Of a DNA stretch of 64,000 nucleotides, positions 47,941 to 57,886 are shown one piece after another. The notes beneath the pieces were generated by a model. It saw nothing but the letters and a program-made list of their open reading frames with translations. It was not told where the DNA came from and searched no databases. The DNA is from Desulfosporosinus sp. (GTDB lineage: Bacteria; Bacillota; Desulfitobacteriia; Desulfitobacteriales; Desulfitobacteriaceae). A program made the position numbers and the translations under genes. The stretch spans positions 1,046 through 65,045 of the forward strand of contig DASRMG010000107.1 in the NCBI GenBank assembly GCA_035648035.1, written 5' to 3'. The number at the start of each line of letters is the position of its first letter. The first letter of the stretch is position 1.

Positions 47941-49233
47941 GTGATAAAGGTAAGTAATGTTACAGGTTGGCATAAAATAGTCTTTAATTTGAAGCTAAAA
48001 ATATATATTTTCTTTCACTTTGTCCCGATGCTGTGGAGAGGGAATATTTCCTTCAAACAGTTCCTTCTTTTATTGAAGAGGCTGTTGCTTTTTGTGTCTA
48101 GGGTTCAACATAATAAATTTGTCAAAATAGGTAACAACACCAGATTGGGCCTCTATGTGCCGGGCTTTCCATCCCAGGCTTTTTACAATGCATGTAAGAA
48201 GTTTAGTCAGTTCTCAGAAAAAATGCCCTGTACCACCGTCTTGTTATCCATCACGTCCTCATGCCCTTATCATTGCAATTACTGTTACCAGAAATTTGAT
48301 AAGGGGAAGGATGTGGAGATAGAGACTTTGATCAGGACCGTGAAGAAGTTACAGGAGATGGGGATCGCTTTTTTTAATATTGAGGGTGGTGAACCGTTTT
48401 TAGTCTTTGAGCGGTTGAAGAAGGTTTGCTCTGTGATTGACGCGCGGTCGGAAATCTGGATAAATTCTACGGGTGCTGGAATAACTGAGCAAAGGCTTGC
48501 GGAGCTTAAAGCTATGAATGTGACGGCTGTTATGTTTTCTCTGCACAGTCCAGATCCCGAGAGTTTCAACCAGTTCATGGGGGATAATTCTGCCTGGAAG
48601 GCTATGGAGGCCGGGGTCATGATGTGCCACGAGGTGGGTGTGGCAGTGGCTTTTAATACCTGCCTGATGCGAGATGACTTTTATAATGGTACTTTCAAAA
48701 AAATCATGGAGGCAGTAAGGGACTACAAAGCTTGTCTCATCCAGATCATTAAGCCCAAACATGCAGGGGGGTGGCTGGAAAAAACAGAAATTGATTTCAC
48801 CACAGAAGATCTTGTTTATATAAAAGATAAGGTTAACCAATATAATTTACAGGAAGAGTTCGCAGGATATCCCTCAATATCAGCTCAGATTATTGAAGAA
48901 GATAAAGATGTTTTCGGCTGCACAGCAGGTGGTACAGATCGCTTCTATATCAATGCCAAGGGTGATCTACAGCCTTGTGAGTTTCTCAATGTATCCTTTG
49001 GTAATATCGCGGTGGATAGATTCGAAGACATTTATCAAAAGATGCGAAATTGCTTCGCCTGGGGTGGAGAGTGTTTCATATGCGAAGGCTACTCTCAAGA
49101 GATTCATAAAGTCTATCAGGAAAATAGTTTAAAGTCCCTTCCTCTTCCCCCAGAGTTGTCGCACAGGATCTACGACTCCTGGGACCGGGGGAGAAAAACG
49201 GACTTATATGAGCGCTTGGAGCAGTTGAAGTAG
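47941..49233 (+). CDS. Radical SAM protein with SPASM/twitch-type C-terminal domain
   Basis: CPYHCNYC, EGGEP, GCTAG...GDLQPCEF...GNI...CFIC; hydrophobic N-terminal extension. Confidence 0.9.
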   Translation: MIKVSNVTGWHKIVFNLKLKIYIFFHFVPMLWRGNISFKQFLLLLKRLLLFVSRVQHNKFVKIGNNTRLGLYVPGFPSQAFYNACKKFSQFSEKMPCTTVLLSITSSCPYHCNYCYQKFDKGKDVEIETLIRTVKKLQEMGIAFFNIEGGEPFLVFERLKKVCSVIDARSEIWINSTGAGITEQRLAELKAMNVTAVMFSLHSPDPESFNQFMGDNSAWKAMEAGVMMCHEVGVAVAFNTCLMRDDFYNGTFKKIMEAVRDYKACLIQIIKPKHAGGWLEKTEIDFTTEDLVYIKDKVNQYNLQEEFAGYPSISAQIIEEDKDVFGCTAGGTDRFYINAKGDLQPCEFLNVSFGNIAVDRFEDIYQKMRNCFAWGGECFICEGYSQEIHKVYQENSLKSLPLPPELSHRIYDSWDRGRKTDLYERLEQLK

Positions 49234-49264
49234 GGTGTGAAATGAGCCTAGAGGTAGTCCAGAT

Positions 49265-50080
49265 CTAATTACTTTCCTTAACTTCCTTGATTAATTCTGC
49301 AATAGTGCCATTAATTTCTGGGAACTCCAGCTTTAGATCCTCTAGGGTCGTTACGATTCTTTGGAGTACAAAATAGTCTCTAAACCATCGGTGATCTGCA
49401 GGTACAATATACCAGGGTGCTTCTTCAGAACTGCAATTTGAAAGCGCGTCAGCGTAATATTTTTGGTATTTGTCCCAGAACTTTCTCTCAGCAAGATCGG
49501 CCATAGAGAATTTCCAATGCTTTTCAGGTGTCTCTAATCGGTTCAAAAGTTTCTTCTGCTGAAATTCTTTGGATATATGCAAAAAGAACTTTAAGACGAT
49601 GGTTCCGTTACTGACAAGATATTTTTCAAAGGCTGTGATTTCTTGGTATCTTGCCAGAGCAGTCTGATCATCGATCGTTTTATGGACTCTAGTGACAAGG
49701 ACATCTTCATAGTAGGAGCGGTTAAACACGGTTATATTCCCCTTTATAGGGGTCGCTTTGTGGGCCCTCCATAAATAGTCATGGCCCAATTCCTCGGGTG
49801 TGGGTTGCTTAAAGCTTTGGACGACGAAGCCATTTGGATTCACGCCAGCTAAAGCTTTTTTAACAGTACCGTCCTTGCCACTGCAATCCATTCCTTGCAA
49901 TATGATTAGTAGGCTGAATTTCTTAGAGGCGCTGAAGACTTCTTGTAGTTCAATAAACTTATCTTGTAACTCTGAATACTTATCTTGAAGATCCTTCTTA
50001 TCTAACTTGTTGGTCTCAGTTGGACTGAAATCCTTTAAACAGACCTTTTGATTTGAATTAATGGTAAAATTGTCTAACAT
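49265..50080 (-). CDS. ppk2: Polyphosphate kinase 2 (class III-like)
   Basis: QGMDCSGKDG, FKQPT..EL.HDYLWR, FNRSYYEDV, KFFLHIS, PWYIVPAD; GGAGG RBS before ATG 50080. Confidence 0.93.
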   Translation of the reverse strand: MLDNFTINSNQKVCLKDFSPTETNKLDKKDLQDKYSELQDKFIELQEVFSASKKFSLLIILQGMDCSGKDGTVKKALAGVNPNGFVVQSFKQPTPEELGHDYLWRAHKATPIKGNITVFNRSYYEDVLVTRVHKTIDDQTALARYQEITAFEKYLVSNGTIVLKFFLHISKEFQQKKLLNRLETPEKHWKFSMADLAERKFWDKYQKYYADALSNCSSEEAPWYIVPADHRWFRDYFVLQRIVTTLEDLKLEFPEINGTIAELIKEVKESN

Positions 50081-50177
50081 AGAAGATCCTCCTTTATCGC
50101 TCGACAAATTCGTTAATAATGGACTGAAACAGGAGGTAATTAATTACCCCCTGTTTCAAAAATAAAAAATTATTTAT

Positions 50178-50603
50178 TTAACTTTTGGTTTCGCACTTGC
50201 ATTTTGCAACATCTACCGTCTTATCTTTACATTTGCACTTAACTTTCTTGCCTTTGCGTTCTTTTTTGTTCTTCTTCTTATTAAGATGGCCACTTAGTTC
50301 TAGTTCAAGCTGGGCCAACTTGTCTTCTAATTCTGCTATTTTAAGGGACAGGGTTTCTACCGTGAGGTGATCCTTGTCACCTTCCTCAGATGGAACTCCG
50401 ATTTTAGCTTCAGTAGCCGGTAATGCAGCGGCTTCAATTTGGTTGCCAGGTAGTGTTTTAGTGTCACTTTCAATAACCGTGGGGGGGGTGATGTCATTTT
50501 CAGTGACGGGTAGTGTTACAGCCTCACTTTCAGTGACAGGTAATTCAGCAGGTTTTACGCTTAGCTCGGGCGCTTCTTTAGGACTAGCAGGTTTTTTTAC
50601 CAT
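50178..50603 (-). CDS. Hypothetical low-complexity protein (acidic Pro/Thr/Glu repeats, coiled coil, Lys/Cys-rich tail)
   Basis: GGAGG RBS; LPVTE-like repeats; tail KKKNKKERKGKKVKCKCKDK...KCKCETKS. Confidence 0.75.
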   Translation of the reverse strand: MVKKPASPKEAPELSVKPAELPVTESEAVTLPVTENDITPPTVIESDTKTLPGNQIEAAALPATEAKIGVPSEEGDKDHLTVETLSLKIAELEDKLAQLELELSGHLNKKKNKKERKGKKVKCKCKDKTVDVAKCKCETKS

Positions 50604-50710
50604 AATAACCTCCAATTTTTTATATGCAACGTTTGACGTTTGAAATATTTGCTTAATTAGAAATTTTACATGAAATGATTGAATTAATTATATAACATTC
50701 CTCAATAAAA

Positions 50711-52840
50711 TCAAGATTCAGTTCCTTTATACGAGGTAATAGGTACAAATTTTGCACGATTAAGCGCTACTACCTCGGGAACAGCTTCACCTAAGCAGGG
50801 GCTAAGGAATATTTCCTGGCTATTGATCGTTTCTTTCCCTCTTCTATCAATTTTAGTGTAGGTGCCGTCAAGGTTTAGAACTCTTGATTTAGAGGTGTCT
50901 TGTAAGGCTAAGTCTAAGATATTCATGACTTTTTCTCGAGCAATCGGATCCTCAATGGGAAATAGAAGTTCAACTCTTCTATTTAAATTGCGTTTCATCA
51001 AATCCGCACTGGAAAGGAAGATTAATTCCTCACCGTCTGCAAAAAAATAATAGATTCTGCTATGCTCAAGAAACCTTCCGACAATACTTCGAACTGTGAT
51101 GCGCTCGCTAATAAAAGGGATGTTAGGTCTCAGACAGCATATGCCACGCACAATTAGATCAATGTTAACTCCAGCAGAGGAGGCATCATAAAGCGCTTCT
51201 ATAATTTCTTGATCCACCAAAGAATTTAACTTGGCAATGATTCTGGCTGGTTTTCCTAAGGTAGCGTGTTCTGTTTCTTTCTGGATTAAGTCCAAAAACT
51301 TTTTACGGAGGTTAATTGGAGCAAGCGTCATTTTATAAAGATGAGAGGGGCTAGAACAGCCCGATAAGGTATTAAAGATGGCGGAGGCATCCGCTCCGTA
51401 ATAGGGTTTTGCTGTCAATAAGCCTAAATCTGTGTATAGTTTTGCAGTAACATCATTATAATTCCCGGTTCCAAGATGGACGTATCGCTTGATTAAACCA
51501 TCCTCGCGTCGAACAATTAACAATATTTTACAATGAGTTTTTAAGCCAACAAGCCCGTAAATCACATGACAGCCAGCTGTTTCAAGTTTCTTGGCCCAAG
51601 TTATATTATTTTGTTCATCAAAGCGAGCTTTTAACTCTAAGAGAACGGTGACTTGTTTCCCATTATCAGCCGCTTGCGCTAATGCTTCGACAATTGGGGA
51701 GTTACCGCTTACTCTATAAAGTGTTTGCTTAATAGCCAGGACATTAGGGTCTTCTGCAGCTTTTTTAACGAGATCCACGACCATATTAAAGGAATCATAG
51801 GGATGATGCAGTAAAATGTCCTGTTTGGAAATTGATTCGAATATATCGTCTTCATCTACTACGGAAGCATAGGTGTTGGGCTTGATGGGCTTATATCGTA
51901 GGGCGTCATAGCCTTTCAAGCCACTTAATTTCATGAGAAAAGTCAGATCTATGGGCCCACTGATTTTATAGACTGCTGCTGCAGAAATCTCGACTTCTTC
52001 TTCTAATATGTTGAGCAGTAAGGGATTGATACCATGTTCAATTTCAAGGCGAATGGCACTGCCCCATTTTCTTTGCTTAAGGGATAACTGAACAGCCGTT
52101 AGAAGATCTTCCGATTCATCTTCCGCAACGTCTAAATAGGCATTTCTGGTAATACGATAGCACCCGGTAGCGATCACGTTGTGATTATCAAATAGGGTGG
52201 TTAAATTTAATGTTATTATTTCTTCCAGTAGGATAAAGGATTTCTCAGCCTCTAAGGAGGGGATTTCTACTAATCTATTTAAGACGGACGGAACTTGGAT
52301 AGTTCCAAATAAAAGGTTATCAGGGTTATTAATATCTTCTAATAATAAAGCAATGTTTAAAGTTTTATTTAAAATTAAAGGGAAGGGTTGACTTTTATTG
52401 ACCACCATGGGGGTTAGTACTGGAAAAACGTTATTGGCATAATATTCTCGAATGAAATCCAGTTGTAGAGTATTTAAATCCTTGGTTTTAATAAACCGAA
52501 TATTAGCTTTCTTCAGAGATTTCTTTAAGGATCGATTATAACAATTGTACATATCAAAGACTTGCTTGTGGATTCTAGCTGAAATTCTTTCAAGCTGTTC
52601 ATTGGGTGTCAGACCAGAAGGGTCGATCTTTATAATCTTAGCTTCAACAATATCTTGTAAAGAGGCGACACGAATCATAAAAAATTCGTCTAAATTAGAA
52701 CCCACGATTGAAAGAAACTTTAATCGTTCCAGAAGGGGATTATTGGTATCCTTTGCTTCTTCGAGAACTCTTTCATTAAATTCTAACCAGCTTAGTTCTC
52801 TATTCACAAAATTGGTGCTTGAAAAGGTATGATTTTTCAA
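50711..52840 (-). CDS. ppk1: Polyphosphate kinase 1
   Basis: NRELSWLEFNERVL, NLDEFFMIRV, HHPYDSF, IKQTLYR, KTHCK, GTGNYN, RFLEHSR. Confidence 0.97.
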   Translation of the reverse strand: MKNHTFSSTNFVNRELSWLEFNERVLEEAKDTNNPLLERLKFLSIVGSNLDEFFMIRVASLQDIVEAKIIKIDPSGLTPNEQLERISARIHKQVFDMYNCYNRSLKKSLKKANIRFIKTKDLNTLQLDFIREYYANNVFPVLTPMVVNKSQPFPLILNKTLNIALLLEDINNPDNLLFGTIQVPSVLNRLVEIPSLEAEKSFILLEEIITLNLTTLFDNHNVIATGCYRITRNAYLDVAEDESEDLLTAVQLSLKQRKWGSAIRLEIEHGINPLLLNILEEEVEISAAAVYKISGPIDLTFLMKLSGLKGYDALRYKPIKPNTYASVVDEDDIFESISKQDILLHHPYDSFNMVVDLVKKAAEDPNVLAIKQTLYRVSGNSPIVEALAQAADNGKQVTVLLELKARFDEQNNITWAKKLETAGCHVIYGLVGLKTHCKILLIVRREDGLIKRYVHLGTGNYNDVTAKLYTDLGLLTAKPYYGADASAIFNTLSGCSSPSHLYKMTLAPINLRKKFLDLIQKETEHATLGKPARIIAKLNSLVDQEIIEALYDASSAGVNIDLIVRGICCLRPNIPFISERITVRSIVGRFLEHSRIYYFFADGEELIFLSSADLMKRNLNRRVELLFPIEDPIAREKVMNILDLALQDTSKSRVLNLDGTYTKIDRRGKETINSQEIFLSPCLGEAVPEVVALNRAKFVPITSYKGTES

Positions 52841-52846
52841 TTTGCT

Positions 52847-54376
52847 TTATCCTCTCAGTTCTATACTAATACCCATGACTTCTTGGAAAAATTCTACATT
52901 ATTTGTTATGTCCCACTTTTCTAAGAGAATATCATGATTGCTAATGAGTTTAAGCTGTAGGGCATCGCCTGAACTCAGTACTTCAATATCACTAATCTTT
53001 TGCATATGAGAAATATCCATGGATTCTGCAATTTTTAAAATCGAAGATAATTTAGAGACGAGTATTTTTTCATGATGGCTTAAGACAAAATAACTTCGAT
53101 CAGAGTAAGTTGGTATGCGCGTAGTGTGGTATTTTGCTATATTTGCAATTAATTCTAGTTCCTTATCGGAGAATCCCATGATACTCTGGGTTCTGATAAT
53201 ATTGGAGGAATGGTTGCCATGCTCACTTAAACTAACATAATTCCCTGAATCGTGAAGAATAGCCGCCACTTGGAGATATATTTTCTCTTGATACCCAAGT
53301 CTGTGATACTTCCAAGTTTTATCAAACAATAATAAGGACATTTTCTCCACGTAGGAGGCATGTTTTTTATCGACACCATATTTCTCAGCCATGTACCAAA
53401 CTGAACTGATGATATCATTTTCGGCATTCGTTTTACTAGGTATTTCGTTTAACTTATCCATAAGTCCATAGAGAATACCTTGACGGTTGGTAATCATGGG
53501 CGCATGGATTCCCGTTGCTTTCGTCCGACTTAAAAAACTATGAAATAGTAAAATGGCTGGTAATAATAATTCAGCCTTAGCAGAGGAAATATTAAAAGCA
53601 TCAACCATCTGATCAGTATTCATCTCTTTGATTTCAAGATAAAGTTCTTCCATACGTTCCTTGCTAATATAAGATTGATGCTCTAAATGACAGATTTCTA
53701 AGATTGTAACTAGATAACCTCCAAGACCAATAAAATTCTTTATATGCATTTTCTTCAGCTTTGGCTTAAGTAAATATATTTTACTTTCAATATACTCTTC
53801 CATAACTTTTGGGAAAGAGATCGTTTTTGTTTCTAAAGTATATAGAATTTCTCGTAATCTAAGGGGACCCATTTTTATATATTCTGTAAATATTAATCCG
53901 TCGCTTCCGTACATTGAAACTTCAACGCCCCCAGAGGTTAAATTTACGATGATCGAATCTGTCAGGTCTATTTTATCAAATTCATGGAGATAATTTCTTA
54001 AGGCCCTATATATTAAAAATCTTTCTTGGACATTATTAATGATTTCAACATCAAGTCCAGCAATAAGTCTAATTTGTTCTATGATGTAGTCGCGATTATC
54101 TGCTTCATGAAGTCCACTGGTCGCAACAGCCCTATATATTTTCACGCCGTAATCCTTCATTAATTTAGAAAAACCTTTTAAGCCTGCACAGGTTTCCTTA
54201 ATGGTTTTAGGTGAAATTCTTCCATTAGCATAAGTATCCTTGCCAATATTGTTGGGAAGGGAAGCGTCCTCTAAAAACATTAAGCTACCCTCAGGATTTA
54301 ATTGCGCAATACTCATTCTTAAGAAATCAGAACCCACATTAATCGCTGCTATCACTTCGTTTTTCATCTTCTTCAT
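52847..54376 (-). CDS. Ppx/GppA homologue with degenerate catalytic motifs and intact HD motif
   Basis: INVGSDFLRM, VATSG, VNLTSGGVE; C-terminal AAILHDSG...IAKYH. Confidence 0.85.
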   Translation of the reverse strand: MKKMKNEVIAAINVGSDFLRMSIAQLNPEGSLMFLEDASLPNNIGKDTYANGRISPKTIKETCAGLKGFSKLMKDYGVKIYRAVATSGLHEADNRDYIIEQIRLIAGLDVEIINNVQERFLIYRALRNYLHEFDKIDLTDSIIVNLTSGGVEVSMYGSDGLIFTEYIKMGPLRLREILYTLETKTISFPKVMEEYIESKIYLLKPKLKKMHIKNFIGLGGYLVTILEICHLEHQSYISKERMEELYLEIKEMNTDQMVDAFNISSAKAELLLPAILLFHSFLSRTKATGIHAPMITNRQGILYGLMDKLNEIPSKTNAENDIISSVWYMAEKYGVDKKHASYVEKMSLLLFDKTWKYHRLGYQEKIYLQVAAILHDSGNYVSLSEHGNHSSNIIRTQSIMGFSDKELELIANIAKYHTTRIPTYSDRSYFVLSHHEKILVSKLSSILKIAESMDISHMQKISDIEVLSSGDALQLKLISNHDILLEKWDITNNVEFFQEVMGISIELRG

Positions 54377-54543
54377 TAATTTACTCCTTAAGCAAAGTTA
54401 ATAAATTTATATGTCTGGATTTTGAAGAATAGTTACTTGGATTATTACCATTTTTATCACCTTGAAAATACTTATCAATTCATATATCATTAAATAGATT
54501 ATCTTACAGAATAATATTATATTCTATTTTAGGGAGAAACAAC

Positions 54544-56040
54544 ATGAAGAATATAGGAATAATAGATATTGGCTCTAATTCAATCAGACTAATTCTCATT
54601 GAAATATGTACTAACTATTTTCGAATTATTGACGAGAAAAAGGAAACGGTTCGATTAGGAATGGACATGACGGCTGATGGCCACCTTAATCCTCTAAGGA
54701 TGGAAAAAGCCATCAGTACGCTTTCAAATTTCAAATCTTTATGCGAGGGTTTAGGAGAATGTAACATATTCCCCGTGGCTACAGAGGCTGTCAGACGAGC
54801 TAGTAATCAGAAGGAATTTTTGCAATTAGTTAAATCTAGGTTAGATATGGACATACGAGTTTTAACGGGAGCAGAAGAAGCCTACTATGATTATTTTGGT
54901 GTCATTAATAGTATGGAGTTTTCTAATGTGCTGATCATGGATATTGGGGGATCTAGTACAGAGCTAATCTGGGTAGAAAATAAGGCTATTAAGGAATCCA
55001 TCAGCCTTCCCTTCGGCGCTCTAAACCTTTCTGATAAATTTAACCTCTCCGAAAAAATGAATAGTAATACCGAAAAAGAGTTGCATGCATTTCTCATGTC
55101 ACAGTTTGGGAAGGTCGCGTGGCTCGGAGGGGTCATGAATTTACCGATGATAGGCGTGGGAGGGACCATTCGAAATATTGGTAGAATTTCTAGAAAAAAT
55201 AATAATTACCCCATAGATCGTTCTCACAATTACAGCATGGAGTGTTCTGAGGTTCTAAATATATATGATTATGTAAAATATAACAATCCAGAGCAAAGAA
55301 AAAAGATAAAGGGTCTTTCTAAGGATCGAAGTGATATCTTTATAGGCGCTTTTTCTGTGGCTGCGACTTTGCTGGAATTCTGTAACAGCCCACAACTCAT
55401 TGTTAGTGGCAGTGGACTCAGGGAGGGGTTGTTACATGAGATCCTGCACGGAGACCAGGTGATTAAAGATGTATTGGAGTTTTCTCTCAATAATGTTATT
55501 ACGACCTTGAATATTGATAAAATCCATGCTCATCATGTCTGGAAACTTGCTGAGAGCTTGTATACACAGTTAAGACCTCTCCACAAGATCAACGGAAATA
55601 CCTACAAAATCTTAAAAACTGCTGCTTTGTTAAATGATTGCGGTAAAACAATTAATTTCTACAGCTATCACAAACACACCTTTTACATGATGGCTAATTT
55701 ACCGATTAACGGATTGCCCCATAAGGACCTAATTATGGCAGCTTATGCCATGATGGTTTGTGTGAAAGAGAATTTCGACATTGACAAATCCCCCTATGTA
55801 AAGCTCTTAACTAAGGAAGATAAATATATTATTGAAAGGCTGGGGATTATTTTAAGTTTAGCAGAATCCTTAGATAAAAAAAGAAACGGAAATATTACAG
55901 AGGTCGAATGCGAGTTAAGGTCAGAGTGTTTATATTTACACTTAGTTTCTAAAGGTACAACCGAAGGGGAACGAAAAGAAATTGAGGGTCACGGGGCCTA
56001 CTTCGCAAAAGTATATGGTAAGACATTGCAAATTGAGTAA
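54544..56040 (+). CDS. ppx: Exopolyphosphatase Ppx/GppA
   Basis: IDIGSNSIRL, ATEAVRRASN, GAEEA, DIGGSSTE, GVGGT, GLREG. Confidence 0.92.
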   Translation: MKNIGIIDIGSNSIRLILIEICTNYFRIIDEKKETVRLGMDMTADGHLNPLRMEKAISTLSNFKSLCEGLGECNIFPVATEAVRRASNQKEFLQLVKSRLDMDIRVLTGAEEAYYDYFGVINSMEFSNVLIMDIGGSSTELIWVENKAIKESISLPFGALNLSDKFNLSEKMNSNTEKELHAFLMSQFGKVAWLGGVMNLPMIGVGGTIRNIGRISRKNNNYPIDRSHNYSMECSEVLNIYDYVKYNNPEQRKKIKGLSKDRSDIFIGAFSVAATLLEFCNSPQLIVSGSGLREGLLHEILHGDQVIKDVLEFSLNNVITTLNIDKIHAHHVWKLAESLYTQLRPLHKINGNTYKILKTAALLNDCGKTINFYSYHKHTFYMMANLPINGLPHKDLIMAAYAMMVCVKENFDIDKSPYVKLLTKEDKYIIERLGIILSLAESLDKKRNGNITEVECELRSECLYLHLVSKGTTEGERKEIEGHGAYFAKVYGKTLQIE

Positions 56041-56060
56041 TCTCAGTGACATGAAACAAT

Positions 56061-56105
56061 GAAGGACCGTAACGAAAAATTCTGCTTCGTTACGGTCCTT
56101 TTTCT
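56061..56105. terminator. Terminator between convergent ppx and NlpC/P60 genes
   Basis: AAGGACCGTAACGAA / TTCGTTACGGTCCTT + T tail. Confidence 0.8.
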
Positions 56106-56135
56106 ATTCAGCTCATTGACGTTATCAGTTGGTAA

Positions 56136-56900
56136 CTATACACGTCTTGCTCCAAGGTAGACAGACTTCCAATAAGTCCCCAGGGTATAAATAGTGACCC
56201 CTTTAGAGCTAGAAGCGTTGATGAATTCTCCATTACCAACAGAAATTCCTACGTGGTCGGCGACCCCATTTTTGGCAAAGGAGAAGAACACTAAATCTCC
56301 TGCCTTAAGATGGCTAAAGGAAACAGAAGTGCCTGACTTAGCTTGATCGCGCGCAACGCGGGGGAGGCTCTTGCCATGCTTAGCAAAAACATACTGAGTA
56401 AAACCTGAACAATCGAACCCTGAAGGCGTCGTTCCACCGTACACATAGGGAACTCCAATATATTGTTTAGCAGTACCAATAAGCGAACTTGATGTTGAGG
56501 TGTGAGTTGATGCGGGAGGTGTTGACGTTTTGGATGATCGAGAAGGTTGTGTTTTTTGGGGCGTTGCTTTACGAGGAGGGGTACTAGCTTTAGGCGCGGG
56601 CGTACTAGCCTTAGGAGTGACTGTTGCGGCCACTATTACGGGTTCTGGTGTACTCTCTATCGCTTCTGGTATCACCTTAATTTCTTCTTGTAAAATAGGT
56701 GGTGCCACTTTTATTGCTTTTGGGTATAAATCTCCCATGGCGCTCATGATTGTTTTTGGATATATTTCACTTGATATCGTCGCAGGGGCTGCTGTGATAA
56801 TCGTCACAAATAAAGAGGTAGAAATGACGGGAACAAGGAGTAGAGACCATTTCATATTCTTCAAATTCTTCCACCCTTCAATCAATTTATTCAAGGACAC
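56136..56900 (-). CDS. NlpC/P60 (C40) peptidoglycan endopeptidase with signal sequence and Pro/Thr/Ser linker
   Basis: GVPYVYGG...GFDCSGF, LPR, GDLVFF, HVGI; true start probably a few codons downstream of 56900. Confidence 0.93.
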   Translation of the reverse strand: MSLNKLIEGWKNLKNMKWSLLLVPVISTSLFVTIITAAPATISSEIYPKTIMSAMGDLYPKAIKVAPPILQEEIKVIPEAIESTPEPVIVAATVTPKASTPAPKASTPPRKATPQKTQPSRSSKTSTPPASTHTSTSSSLIGTAKQYIGVPYVYGGTTPSGFDCSGFTQYVFAKHGKSLPRVARDQAKSGTSVSFSHLKAGDLVFFSFAKNGVADHVGISVGNGEFINASSSKGVTIYTLGTYWKSVYLGARRV

Positions 56901-57071
56901 AGGGGTTTGAATAGACCAATAAATGACAACCGTGTGTAACTATTCAAGTTGTCTCTTAGTATAAAGGATATTGACGGTCTTGTCCTTGGTAAATAGTGGC
57001 CTATATGGTAAAGAGAACAGGTCTCTACATCAAACCGTAGAGACCTGCGTGAGATAACACTGTCTAAATAC

Positions 57072-57281
57072 TTATGCTGCTGCGACGACTCGAGAGACAA
57101 TAATCGCAATCGCAATGAGTATTCCGGCAATTACGATAGCGACTGCAATATTGTTGTTTCCAAGCTCCTTGCTGAAGTTTAAAGGGATTAATTTATCAAA
57201 TATGATATAACCAACAATGAGGATAATTATTCCAAGTAGACCAAACAGAGCACTCAGGCCAAGATTTAATAAGATTGACAT
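57072..57281 (-). CDS. DUF350 family membrane protein
   Basis: FDKLIP.NFSKEL...NIAVAIV motif. Confidence 0.8.
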   Translation of the reverse strand: MSILLNLGLSALFGLLGIIILIVGYIIFDKLIPLNFSKELGNNNIAVAIVIAGILIAIAIIVSRVVAAA

Positions 57282-57496
57282 TTGAATTCCTCCCGTTATA
57301 AGTGGGCATTAGTACTATTTGATAGTATGCAAATTGTTACAATACTAGAATTATATTACAAAAAAGTCTCAAGAGTTTTGCGGGCAGTTAAGATTACATG
57401 TCCCACTTTAAAGATTATTAAATAAGTTGAACGGTTTTGGTAAACAATCTATAATAAACCTAATGACATAAAACTAACAAAGAGAGGAGATCTGAC

Positions 57497-57784
57497 ATGA
57501 AAGATTTAATCAATAAAGGGTTGGCTCTTGGCTTGGGATTAGCGGTTTACAGTAAGGAACAAATCGAGAAGGTCGTAGACGATTTAGTTAAAAAGGGTGA
57601 AGTTTCTGGTGCTGAATCCAAGGACTTGATCAATGAGTTGCTTGAAAAAGGCGCAGCAGAGAAGAAAGAAATGAATGCTCGTATCCACGAGCAAGTGGAA
57701 AAGCTGCTTAGGGACTTGAATATTCCATCTAAGGCTGATATGGATCGTTTGGAGAAACGTATTCAAGAGTTAGAAAACAAGTAA
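57497..57784 (+). CDS. Phasin-like protein
   Basis: GLGL...SKE......DDLVKKGE, IPSKADMDRLEKRIQELE. Confidence 0.8.
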   Translation: MKDLINKGLALGLGLAVYSKEQIEKVVDDLVKKGEVSGAESKDLINELLEKGAAEKKEMNARIHEQVEKLLRDLNIPSKADMDRLEKRIQELENK

Positions 57785-57886
57785 GTAAGAAAAGAACAAT
57801 GAGGTCTGAATTCGTTCAGGCCTCATTGTTCAGTGAAACTGTTAGGTAGAGCCTGAGGGAACCACGAATAAAGGGGACGCTTTTTT

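Noticed and set aside
56900-57060. Possible c-di-AMP (ydaO) riboswitch upstream of NlpC/P60
   Set aside because: Conserved ydaO elements not found; the only clear structure is the terminator of the DUF350 gene.
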